Shown in pieces: positions 13,489 to 26,800 of a DNA stretch of 64,000 bases. The translations under genes and the position numbers were made by a program. The stretch spans positions 36,270,001-36,334,000 of the forward strand of contig NC_042997.1 in NCBI RefSeq assembly GCF_006345805.1. Direction: 5' to 3'. The stretch is from Octopus sinensis. Its lineage: Eukaryota. Positions within the stretch are counted from its first letter, which is position 1. Every line of letters starts with the position of its first letter. A model generated the notes under the pieces. That model searched no databases and was not told the origin of the DNA. It was given only the letters and a program-made list of their open reading frames with translations.

Positions 13489-13554
13489 CTTTGATACGTT
13501 GATACTTTGATAGGTTTCGGCCATTATTGGCCCAGGCCATGTCTAACTTAATAG
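13489..13554 (-). mobile_element. 3'-end stub of a sister LINE subfamily
   Basis: 13525-13554 is the exact reverse complement of 13324-13353. Its tail repeat differs (atcaaagt/atcaacgt). Confidence 0.85.
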
Positions 13555-13700
13555 TTTTCGGGTTCAGTCCCGCTGCGTGACACCTTGGGCAAGTGTCTTC
13601 TATTATAGCCTCAGGCCAACCAAAGCCTTGTGAGTGGATTTGGTAGACGGAAACTGAAAGAAGCTCGTCGTATATATATATAAATACATATATATATAAA

Positions 13701-13746
<46 letters not shown>

Positions 13747-13931
13747 TCCCCCCACCAACTTCGCTTGACAATCGATGCTGGTGTTTATACGTCCCCGTAA
13801 CCTAGTGGTTCAGCAAAAGAACCGATAGCATATGTACTAGGCTTACAAAGAATAAGTCCTGGAGTCGATTTGTTCGACTAAAGGCAGTGCTCCAGCATAG
13901 CCACAGTCAAATGACTGAATCAAGTAAAAGA
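13555..13931 (+). mobile_element. tRNA-derived SINE, family A, 5'-truncated
   Basis: B-box ggttcagtccc, body aagccttgtgagtggatttggtagacgg, internal (TA)/(TG) microsatellite, 3' end caagtaaaaga. Confidence 0.9.
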
Positions 13932-14536
13932 TATATATATATATATGCGTTTTGGTGTCTGTGGGCGTACGCACGTGTGTGTGAGTGCACGAGCACGTGC
14001 GTGTCAGTGTATGTTTTTTTGTAGGTATGAATATATATTGGCAGGTTGTAAGTATTTATAATACAAGTAGGCGTGTCCTCTTTCCATGAGAATATGACTA
14101 CTTGTAAGGAGAATTAAATGCATCTATATTTGTTAGAGTTTCATTTCAAATAAAACTACTCTCGATACATGCATTCAGTGTTTTGCTTGAAATTGTAAAT
14201 TGCCCTCCTACGTTTTCAATGGAAACATGTTTCACGGTTTACGAGTCAATTTATGTGTCTTTGGGTGCGCATATACAAATATACATAAATAAATGCTTAC
14301 TTAAATACATATATGCACACATACAGTGTGCGTGTGAATGTGTGTGTGAATGTGTGTGTGTGCATGTATGTAAGGGAGGTGTGTGTGCACGTGGCTATGT
14401 GTGTATATGTGTTTGTGTGCAAGTGTGTGACGTGAAATTCTCCCACTTCTAAAAATTTTATTGCAAGGCAGGTACTTATCAGCCTAGAATCATTGAAGTT
14501 GCAGAGCAGAATTTCCAAATAATATGGACGCTACTT

Positions 14537-14538
14537 GC

Positions 14539-14621
<83 letters not shown>

Positions 14622-14673
14622 AGTATATACATATATATATATATGTATATATATATGCATATGTATATGTTTG

Positions 14674-14749
<76 letters not shown>

Positions 14750-14810
14750 TGTGTGTATATATGTATGTGTGTGTATGTATGTATATATATATATATATAT
14801 ATAAATGTGT
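14537..14810. repeat. (TA)n-dominated microsatellite
   Basis: Seen directly. Confidence 0.95.
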
Positions 14811-15801
14811 ATGTGTGTGTATTTATGTATACTCATATATTGGAATGAATATGTACGTTGTGAACAACATCTCTCAGTATATCATACATGTCATTCTAAT
14901 GAGTTTCTGAAATATAAGGAGATGGAAATATTAAATAGAAATGTGCAACATGCTACGCAATTTATTTCATACTTACATTGAAATGCATACAATTTATAAT
15001 CTCTGCAAATTGTTTAAATATTAGAAAATATAATCATATTTTTGAAACCTATCATAAAATTATCCTTGAGCCATTTCCATGTCTTATACAGCTCGGAAAT
15101 TGCTGAATTCCATAAAATATATTGCTCATCGTGTAAACATATGCATGTGTTGCATACATGTATATATATACATGCGTGTGTCTGCATCTGTATATTTTGT
15201 GTGCGAGTGTGTATATACATATTGCCCGTATATCTGTAAGTATCTGTGTGTATATGCTTATAGGAGTGTACTGAAAATATTTGTTAATCATATTAATGAT
15301 ATAAGTATATAAGTATTTTGAATTATATGTATTCAGCGGATTACATGGACGTATAATATATTTCTCGATGATCATTCAATATGTAAAACGTAATATCAAA
15401 CATGGAACAAAGTAGGGTAGCCTAGTATTAATTCAGATAATTACACCTGCAAACAGAAGAAGACTTCTGCTGGTAAATAACATTTAGATGAAAGAAATGC
15501 GTGACCAGAAATGCTCGAAGGGAATCGAAACGGGCGCTTCTCAAATTCCTCTCAATACATACGTGTATATATGTATGTAGGTGTGTTTGTGTGTGTGTGT
15601 GTGTGTGCGCGTGCGTCTACTTATGTATAAATATGTATAAATATATGTACATTTACTTTACTAATCCGGTCGTACTCATAACAAATCTCCGCTAATAGAT
15701 CAGTCTACAAATCACCCCTCTCTTCATAATTTAATATATATATATATATATATATAATTATATATACACGTACGTATGTATATAAATATATATATATACA
15801 T

Positions 15802-15848
<47 letters not shown>

Positions 15849-15984
15849 GTACTTATGTATAAGATTAATCAGCCGAAATTGCGAGGATGATCCGGTTCTT
15901 GACTGAAGATTGAAGGCTTCGAATGTCCCGTCCGTGTTTTTTTTATGTCTTCTAAATGTTTTGCGTTCTTGTCCCAGTTTGTAT

Positions 15985-16035
<51 letters not shown>

Positions 16036-16069
16036 CACACGCGTATATATGTATATGTAGATGGATGTA

Positions 16070-16215
16070 TACGAACTTCTATGAAATTCCGTCAACCAAA
16101 ACAACTCACAAGGCGGTCTGTCAGAAGCAATAGTATTAGACACTTGCCCGATATGCCACAGAGAAGGACTGAAACCGGAACCATGTAGCTGAGAACAAAA
16201 CTTCCTATGAAATAC
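16070..16215 (-). mobile_element. Degenerate SINE family A head
   Basis: actcacaaggc...gacacttgccc...ggactgaaaccggaaccatg matches the 19810-19974 copy. Confidence 0.7.
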
Positions 16216-16416
16216 AAAATACTTTTAATTGTATATTCAAAGTCTATGTAAAACCGTCGCTGCTTCGTTCATATACATGTAATTCTTCGCCAACCAATTG
16301 TGGATGTGGTTCTTCTATGAGTATTTCCATGAGTATATACATTCCTATGAAGCACATGCAAGTTTGCACAGTTTCACAGAACTGGGAATGACATTGCACA
16401 GGCTGTAACCACCCAC

Positions 16417-16417
<1 letters not shown>

Positions 16418-16508
<91 letters not shown>

Positions 16509-16580
16509 ATATATATATAATATATATATATTATATATATATATATATATATATCTATATATATATCTATCTATCTATCT
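16418..16580. repeat. (TATC)n/(TA)n microsatellite
   Basis: Seen directly. Confidence 0.95.
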
Positions 16581-17201
16581 TTCGACTCTACTCTGCTCAC
16601 ATCCTCTAGGCTTCTCCCTCTTTATCTACGTATTTGGCTAGCCTACTTCATCTGGAGGCGCCCACACAACACTATCTCTCAACTATCTATGTGTGTATGT
16701 ATGTTTGTAGTTATGCATGCATGTATATGTCTAAGTATGTATTTACACACATATATAATGACAGTATTTGTAGAATTGGGAATGAGAAAGTTAGAATAAG
16801 AAACATATAATCGACTACATAAAGTACTTGAGAATAAATACTAAATTATAATAAGACATAAACGTATTTCTGAAACTGAACCAGGTAAATAATAATAATT
16901 AAATTACATTAGTATAGAAGCTTATTAATTCTATAGGAATGGAGACTGATATATGGCAACATTAAATAAATTGGATGTTTTCTCTTACATTCAACGGGCG
17001 TTCATAAATTCTAACAGATTGACTATTAAAGAAAATATGTTTACAGAAACATTGATAGCACCTATAGGATGGAGAATGTAGAAGTGTGGGAAATTATTAC
17101 ACATGAAAGAAAGGAAGGAAAAAAGTAGTTATATGTGCCTGTAGGTGTGTGTGTTCATATATGTGTATATATACACATACATGTATGCATATGTCCTTGT
17201 G

Positions 17202-17256
<55 letters not shown>

Positions 17257-18063
17257 ATGATAAAAACAACACATGCGAATAAAGAACCGGGAGATTAATT
17301 GAAAACCAATATTTGTAAATTCTAGATATAAAATTTTGAAATAGAAAATATGCTTCAGAGGAATTTACTTTCCATAAGAAATCAATAGATTTCTTTCACC
17401 TCCCTCTCTGTCTCCTGCTAGTGCTCTCACGCCTCCTCTTTCTTTTTTTTCTTGACTCTCACTACCTCCTTTTTATTGTCCATTCCATCTCTTACCGCCT
17501 CCTTTGTCTTTGCCGATGTGTCGGAGTGTGTTTGTGTTTGGAAAAAGAAAGAGAGAGATTATAAATGGGATTAGTTTCGTAGTGGAAAATGTGTAGATAC
17601 AAACCACTTTTGTAACATATGCATATATGTCTACGTTAATTTTCCCATACGTGGGTATATATGAACTGAAATACGTGTGGCTACAAGTCTGTCTCTATTG
17701 CTCTTTCTACATATATTTCTTTGCGTGCATATCAATCAGTAATAAAGTGTTTCGGGATAATATACATTTATAAAAACACAGAAACATGTATATACTTATA
17801 TATCGTGTATCCTTTATCTTTATATTTCAATTATTCCACTGGGGCCATGCTAAGGTGCCAACTGCTAGTGTTTTTGTTTTGATTTCTTTCAGTCGAATGA
17901 ATTAAACCCATTGCATAATTCTAAGGAAAATATCTATTTTCTAATCCCTTCTACCGGCTTTCAAGTGTTGGTAGATGAAACGCACAAGCACAAACATGCA
18001 CACACACACACACTCACACGCACATACACACACATATATATATATGTGTGTATATATGCATTA

Positions 18064-18131
<68 letters not shown>

Positions 18132-18160
18132 CATATGTGCGTGTGTGTGTGTGTGTGTGT

Positions 18161-18310
18161 GTACGACGGGCTTCTTTCAGTTCCATCTACCGAATCCACT
18201 CACAAGTCATAGTCGTAGAGGGGTTATAGTAGAAAATATTTGCCCAGACTGCTTAATCCCGGAAACGTGTTCGAGAAGCAAACTGTTTAACTCATTGGCA
18301 CGACTGTACC
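18161..18310 (-). mobile_element. Degenerate SINE family A head
   Basis: acgacgggcttctttcagttccatctaccgaatccactcacaag. Confidence 0.75.
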
Positions 18311-18569
18311 TATATGTATATAATAAACCTTCAGGTATGTGAATGTGGCTATTAGCAAAGAAAGAATTTTACCAACATTCCGATATTACCAGAAAACCGA
18401 GCATAAAATCTAAACGGGGTTAGCTATGTACAATAGTCTATTTTGTCCAGTAGTCGAATAATCATTCCAGCATCGTTAATTACACTAAACAATATAAAAG
18501 GTGCCGAGAGGGTTACAAATATCACAATATATATTTGTGTGTGTGTGTGTGTGTGTGTATGTGTGTGCA

Positions 18570-18915
18570 TGTGTGGTAAGGAGCCTGCTTCCCAACTACA
18601 TGTTTCCGATTTCAGTCCTACTACGTGGCACCTTAGGCAAGTGTCTCCTACTATAGCCACGGGCCTACTAAAGCCTTGTGAGTGCATTTGGTGGATGGAA
18701 CCTGAAATAAGTCCGCGTGTTTTGTGCCTGTATTTGTCGCCCATCACCGCTCGACAACTGGTTTTGGGGAGTTTACATCCCCTGTAACTCAGTAGTTCAG
18801 CAAATAAGACCGATAAATTATGTACTATAAGTCCTGGGTCAATTTGCTTTACTAAACCTCTTGTAGGCGGTGCTCCAGCCTGGCCGCAGTCAAAAGGTAG
18901 AAACAAGTAAAAAGA
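18570..18915 (+). mobile_element. SINE family A, diverged near-full-length copy
   Basis: Collinear with the 38854 and 19556 copies through to aaacaagtaaaaaga. Confidence 0.85.
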
Positions 18916-19555
18916 TGTAATTGCATGCGACGTCTACTTAAATATATCATATTCTATTATTTACTGTCTAGAAAAACTGTTCGTGTATAAATTGTATTAG
19001 GGATATTCTATTACTTTATGCTGAATGTTTGACATTCTCCTAAATCTTCATTATGTATATATGCATCATAGTGTAGTAACCATACTCATAGTAACTGAAA
19101 CTGCTCCCTGAACTTACATTGAGTCATGAAGGGTATTGTCTATGAATGTCTGTCAAATGTTTTTCCACAGAGCATTTGTCCAACTCACCTGTAATAAACT
19201 TAAGACCAGATTTTTGCGTCAGCGATATACTTACATGAAAGCAGGAAATAGAATTCTCTCTTCACTCGGCCGACATAATCAGTAGTTCCATGATAGGAAC
19301 ACACACTCCGAATTATTCTAGCGTAATGATATGAAAACCCTATTATACCCAAAGCCTCACCACTTCTGTATTTTGTGTTCACCTGAACTTTCCTACATGC
19401 TATTTGATCGTGAACTAATGAACCAAAATTCCAGCACACTTGATATTATAAAAGCTTGAAACACCAATTCTACCACCAACGAGCACGTGATGCAGAAGAC
19501 AGAGTTGTATTGCTCCCATCGATTGATGCGCTCTACAAGCTTCATTTTATATATT

Positions 19556-19767
19556 CTTTTACTCTTTTACTTGTTTCAGTCATTTGACTGCTGCCATGCT
19601 GGAGCACCGCCTTTAGTCGAGCAAATCGACCCCGAGACTTATTCTTTTGTAAGCCCAGTACTTATTCTATCGTTCTCTTTTGCCGAACCGCTAAGTGACG
19701 GGGACGTAAACACACCAGCATCGGTTGTCAAGCAATGCTAGGGACAAACACAGACACACAAACATAT

Positions 19768-19803
<36 letters not shown>

Positions 19804-19971
19804 ATATATACGACATGCTTCTTTCAGTTTCCGTCTACGAAATCCACTCACAAGGCTTTGGTCGGCCCGAGGCTATAGCAGAAGACACTTGCCCAAGGTG
19901 CCACGCAGTGGGACTGAACCCGGAACCATGTGGTTGGTTAGCAAGCTACTTACCACACAGCCACTCCTGCG

Positions 19972-19974
<3 letters not shown>
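19556..19974 (-). mobile_element. SINE family A, full-length
   Basis: Minus strand starts aggcgcaggagtggctgtgtgg (A box), has B box ggttcagtccc, an internal microsatellite and a gtaaaaga tail. Confidence 0.93.
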
Positions 19975-20022
<48 letters not shown>

Positions 20023-20933
20023 TATAGCTGGAGAAGCCCGTACTGCCACAGGTTGTAAAAGTGACCACCAAGCATCCCCTATCTTTCAATTGATTTAACC
20101 ATAGCAAATCACGGGCTAAGAGCAACAAACACAAACTCAGCATGCTCTGGCACTCAATGCATCTAACCAGTGAAAATAAAATATTTATAAATTGTACGTA
20201 TGTTGGAAATAAATGGAAACATGTACGCACATCTGAAATAGTATACGTTTGAAGAAACATACAAATTCACAGTTATGTGCAATAGAAACACGCACAAACG
20301 GGCAAATACAGAAAAAGTGAGCACCTGCACATGTATCTGCACAATAATTTCATCTTAATCCGCCATCAAACGCATAGCAAAAGCAGAGGCATCCAAACCC
20401 ATAATATTAGCAATGAACACATACGAAACAGCTGTAGATCATATGCTAGTATGCTAAATCTAAAATGAAGATGAGAAACAAATGCTCTTGAATAAATACA
20501 AATACAAACACACCAGCATTACACACATGCACACACGTACTCTCAAGAGAATCAAAGCACCCATACTTAAATAAACGCACGCAGCGACTCTGTGCCTTAG
20601 ATATTCGTGCACGTACACTAGAACATGAAAAACGAACAAAATGACATCCAAATGTTTGGTTTCAGTGATGGCAATTTGATAATACATTTTATAGATACTT
20701 TCTCACTTCCTTGTCTCATGCGTTATTGTATTCTAATGTATATGGCTCCTTCATTTATTTCACAACGGAACCCCAACAGGCATGCACTCACAAACACTCA
20801 TCCACAATACTAAAAAAAAACACACCTAAAACATACACACACAACTTGCATTTTCGAATTTTATACGCAAATTCATCATAGGGAAAATAATACTAGACCA
20901 AACTCGCAAGAACAATTAACACGCACTCATATA

Positions 20934-21155
20934 TATTTTTCTACTACCCACAAGGGGTTAAACACAGAGGGGACAAACAAGGGCAGACAAACGGATTAAG
21001 TCGATTACATCGACCCCAGTGCGTAACTGGTACTTAATTTATCGACCCCGAAAGGATGAAAGGCAAAGTCGACCTCGGCGGAATTTGAACTCACAACGTA
21101 ACGGCAGACGAAATACGGCTACGCATTTCGCCCGGCGTGCCAACGATTCTGCCAG
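20934..21155 (-). mobile_element. SINE family B, near full-length
   Basis: Reverse complement aligns along its length with 6618-6841. Confidence 0.92.
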
Positions 21156-21377
21156 GACACAGAAACATATACGGATTGACAGAAACCCACCGCGCACACA
21201 CTCACACACACAAACACAGACACAAACTCAGATACAAACACATCACGCGCACGCACACACTCACACGCAAGATATACGTGGAGCATATAAGTATCCCCTC
21301 ATCTAGTGTATGCTGACTTTATATGTCTGTGCCCAGAGCATGCTCCTTCACAACGTGACTCCAGTTAATATTATCTG

Positions 21378-21650
21378 TTACCTTTTACCTGTTTCACTCA
21401 TTACACTGCGGACTTGTTGGTTACAAACCTGAAGAGTTTTACACGAAAATATCGACCTCAGGACTTATTTCGCGAGCCTCATACTTATTCTATCGGTTCC
21501 CCTCTAAGTTAAGGAGAAATAAACACGCAAACATCGGTGGTGAAGCAGTGCTGGGAGACAAACACAGGCACAAAGATGCTCTCACATCGATGCGTGTATA
21601 CTTACATACATACACACACACATATATCTATGTATCTATCTATATCTATA

Positions 21651-21686
<36 letters not shown>

Positions 21687-21949
21687 ATCTATCTATCTAT
21701 CTATCTATATATATATTATATATATATATATAATATATATATATATTTATATGTGTGTGTATATGTATACATACATAAAGAAGAGAGAGATAGTTAGAGA
21801 GAGAGAGAGTTAGAGAGAGAAAGATATGATGGATTGCTACCAGTTTCCGCCTACCAAATCAACTCACAAGGCATTCTACACCAACAGGCATATAATCAAA
21901 AGCACACATCCACAAACAGCACACACGCAAGCACACTCAAAACACATAG

Positions 21950-21980
<31 letters not shown>

Positions 21981-22135
21981 GCGTTTTTGAATTAGAGTAC
22001 GCAGATTTATCATCGTTATCGCACGGTTTGGTCGGCACGAGACTATAATGGAAGACTCTAGCCCAAGGTGCCACGCAGTGTGACTGAACTCGAAACCATG
22101 TGGTAAGGAAGAAAACATCTTACCACACAGCTACA
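21378..22135 (-). mobile_element. Old SINE family A split by microsatellite expansion and a 154-bp insertion
   Basis: 3' part 21378-21600, mid part 21835-21872 and head 22027-22135 are collinear with the family. Confidence 0.7.
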
Positions 22136-22669
22136 TTTTCGAATAAGTTCCTGTTTACGAATATATACTTAAATGTTATTTAAAACAAGTGACTTTCATT
22201 AATATATAAGTTTTATACAATAATCCATTCCCTTTTCTGATTTCCAGACACCTCTTTCTTTGTAAAGTTTATTTATAGAACATAGGCAAATACTAACGAT
22301 TCCATACACGCAAAAACACAAATCAGCCACGAAATACAGCAAGCAGATGCGTATACTGTTCAAAGTAATTTCTTTTTTTTTACAAATTATGCATAAAATA
22401 CTCACACGCACGAATATGCATACAAACAAACATGATTATGTGTGTGTATGTGAAAGCGAGGGGGAGTATAGACATTTATAGAGAGCAATATAGCATACTA
22501 GATAGATAGTAAAACATAATATAGATATCATGGTAGTTAGATCGTGAAAGAGGAAGAAAGAGAGAGACAGATAATGAGAGAGAGAGAGAGAGAACGTGGA
22601 TAGATTGACAGCCAGACAAAGAGAAACATGGTGGCGTAGATACTTAGATACACATACAAAGTGATGGCT

Positions 22670-22707
22670 GGGTAGATAGATAGATGGATAGATATATAGA
22701 TAGATAA

Positions 22708-22806
<99 letters not shown>

Positions 22807-23147
22807 CATGCATACATACATAGACAGGCAGAGGGAAGACAGACAGACATATAGACAGACTGAGAGATAGATAAATACATAAAGAGATAGATAGAAAGAT
22901 AAAGAGATTGATTAATAGACTGACGGAGAGTGAGATAGACAGATTATAAGCAGACAGATATACAGGCAGACGGAAAGTGATATAGATAGACAGATAGATA
23001 AATAGATTGATAGATAGATATATATATAGATAGATAGATAGATATAGATAAGTGGAGAGGGGGAGAGAAAGGCATACACACAGACATACTGACAGAGAGA
23101 TAGATAAATAGATAAATATATAGATAGATGGATGGATAGATTGACAC

Positions 23148-23186
<39 letters not shown>

Positions 23187-23226
23187 CATAAATAGATAGA
23201 TATATAGATAAATAGACAGATAGATG

Positions 23227-23268
<42 letters not shown>

Positions 23269-23269
23269 C

Positions 23270-23304
<35 letters not shown>

Positions 23305-23327
23305 TAGATATATAGATAGATAGATAT

Positions 23328-23400
<73 letters not shown>
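22670..23400. repeat. Large complex (GATA)n/(GACA)n array
   Basis: Seen directly. Source of the 330-aa LSIY pseudo-ORF. Confidence 0.95.
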
Positions 23401-24116
23401 GTTTCTGTTGACTGTTTTTGTATTCCAATCATTATTTTCCTGCTGTCGGCATCCAGTATTATTGCTGTTTTGCGTGCTAATCCGATGCAATCTTGTTAAT
23501 CACTATAAGTTTCATTTTTTATTTATTTATTTATTTATTCATTTATTTTAGTTGACCTCTTCCGATATAGCATTTTACCCTGCATGTTGTTGGCAATAAA
23601 ATATTTTGCTAACCCGAAAATTTTACACCATAAGTCAACAGTGTTCTACTGAGAAGAAATACTCGGAATAAAATAATGTTTTACCGTATATTACAGCTTT
23701 TAATGATTGTTTCATCTACTGCATAGCATTGCTTCACAATGTACACAGTAGTTTTTCTTTCTTTCATTCTTTTTATTTATTTATTCCTCCTTCTCCATTT
23801 AGAAATCTGTCGGTACATTCTAGTATTATGTGCAGAGAACGTAAAGTGAAAAAAAAAACAAAAAAAAACAAGACAAAAAACAAACACAGAAGAAATAAAT
23901 GCTAAAATGAATAAAGATAGAAATGAAGAAATACACGAATAAATAGAAGCAATGAGCCCATTGAACATGTGGCTTTTGATAGAATCCTTGTTATAATGCA
24001 GATAATGGTATTCCTTTAGTGTTCTCGTACTAAAGAAAAAGAGAGATGGTGGGGAGAAAACAGAGGAACATAACGTTGTAGAGGGAAAATGGAAAGAAAG
24101 TAAGAGAATGCAGAAC

Positions 24117-24185
<69 letters not shown>

Positions 24186-24419
24186 TATATATATGTATAT
24201 GTGTCTGTGTGTGTGTATATATATATATATATAATATATATGAAGCTCTGTGAGTATGTATGCATATATGTATGCATGTGTATGCATGTGTGTGTATGTA
24301 TACACATGTTCGTATGTAGTGTGTGTGAAGAGAAATATCTTGTGACAGAGGAAGACTGAGTGAGTGTGTTAGTGGGTGAGTGATGTTCATAAAGAAAGAA
24401 TTGTTGACGCGTTTGCTTG

Positions 24420-24477
<58 letters not shown>

Positions 24478-25151
24478 CATTCATATATTATATATATATA
24501 TATATACATATATATTATATGAATGTATGTATGTATATATATATATATATAAGACATACATACGTACACACATACATACTTACATTCATGCATATAAGCA
24601 CGCACATACACAAACAGAGAGAGGTAGAGAAAGAGGGAGAATGGTGGCAGTGTGAGGGAAGGAAAGAAATCGCAGAAGAACGGTAGAAGAGAAAATCAAT
24701 AAGCAAATTATCTTCAAGCCAGACAATTGTAACAATTTGATCATGAATATAAAGTTAGCTGTCGAGGACAGCGGCACGCGTTTGTGTTTTCATTATTTCT
24801 GTTATTGTTGCAGTTGTTGTCGTTGTTGAGTTGTTTGTTGTATATTTGATTTTTGATTTTTTTTTCTTTTTCTACAGATCGAAGTATGTTCAGAATATTA
24901 TACTGTATTTTGTGCCTCTGCTTCTTGTAGTAATATCCGCAACAGGCCTTACAATTAAAGAGAAATAAACAAGAAATACTATCCACGTATATTGTTACTT
25001 ACATTGCCATTTAGTAAAGCCATACTTGTGTCAAATGGATAATATAAGCAAACAGGGGAAAATAATAATCTGAGCGGCAAAGGCCAAATGAAGAAGCGAG
25101 TAAATAATATCCTCATTCATTTTTCTATAAGCATCCCTATACCATTACATC

Positions 25152-25362
25152 TATCTATCTATCTATCTATCTATATGTATATATTTATATTTATATATAT
25201 ATATACTTATATATATAATATTTACATATATATATACTTATATATATATTATATACATTTATATATATATATATTTATATTTATATATTTATATATACTT
25301 ATATATATATATATTTATATGTATATATATACATATGTTTATATATACATATACTTATATAT

Positions 25363-25443
<81 letters not shown>

Positions 25444-25465
25444 TATATATAATATATATATATTT
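25152..25465. repeat. Degenerate (TA)n, almost pure AT
   Basis: Seen directly. Confidence 0.95.
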
Positions 25466-26199
25466 ATTGATAGTTAAACGTTTGCACTTAATATGATGAA
25501 CGTATTTTATATGCATTTTGTTTTTTTAGTATTTTTAGCAAAATTCAGTTATGTCTTCCAACAAAATGTATGGCGTCAGACGTCATGGCTGATGATAGCA
25601 TGAGAAACTTTATAAATGATCAATTATGAAAGCATATAGATACTTCTTAAATTTCTTTTTCAATGGTTATATAATATACATCAACAACACCTTCAACACA
25701 GAATATTTTTTTTATGACAAATATGTTTTATTTGTAATCAATGCTATTGCACATTTGCATATTTCTAGTTACATAAAACTTGATACATTAACAAAAGTGA
25801 TGAGGAATGCTAAAATTGTAAAACATATTTCTTCGTGACATACTAAGGTATTACGATAAAGCTTACATCTACAATTCGCATATTGCCTTGGTGGATTGCA
25901 TGGCTGCTGCCTATAACTCTGATGTATTTCGAGGAGTGGTGTTTCTGTTGGAAGCACTCGACACTCAGCCACTGGAATAGGCATATTCATTCATCCAAAA
26001 AATTTCAGAACTGCAATCTATGCATGAATCCATGACGGAAATACCAACCACTAAACATTCAAAGTTAGTGGATTTTGTCGACTAGTCATAGCTATTTATT
26101 TAGTAGGGCCTTAACGTCTTTGCATTGCCGCAATTTTTGAGGTTATACTCATAATTCTTCTCAACGCATCGTAATTTCTACGTCTCATAATTGATTGAA

Positions 26200-26800
26200 T
26201 CTCAGCCAACTGAACGCTGAAGATATTTGTCACCTCCCTCCTTTCAAAAAACCCAGGTTTCGAGATTTCGCTTGGGGGAGTTTCACAGAAAAAATGCGGC
26301 CACTTTTTCGTGCTTGATTGTAGTCTGTTATGTTTCTTGGATGGATAGTGTTGTACATGTTACATCATCCACACAACACCTGCAAATTAGAAACCTCGTA
26401 TTGTCACCAATTTCTCATACTCACGACTACTTTTATTCCACCTTCAGTGGCAAACCCAATGTTATCACAATTAGATTCATAGATATCGTTCATCCTGTAA
26501 TAATGATAATTTCATGTCCCTTCTTTGGTGGTGCAAGTCTCTCACAGAAATCACGTACTGCATTTCTTTTGCCGGTACTTGGTTGCACTCCCATGGTCTT
26601 TGGATGAGCTGCTGAAGCCCACTTAATTGGTGTTCCACGAGTGCTAAACATTTCTCTGATAAATCGTTGTTGTTCATCTTCACATCTTAAATGATTTACC
26701 TGAACACTGATGGATGTCCAAGCCATTTTGTGAAACCCGGGGCTTCTGAAGAGGTCACTTTCCCAAGTTATTTCCCAGTGAGATTGAAACCAAAAGTGAA
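26200..26800 (-). pseudogene. Probable piggyBac transposase relic
   Basis: Motifs in piggyBac order across frameshifts: DEQ (26670-26678), TPIKW, STGK, NAVRDFCERL..KGHEI, W-DN, STKKW. No intact TTAA/TIR ends were found. Confidence 0.45.
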
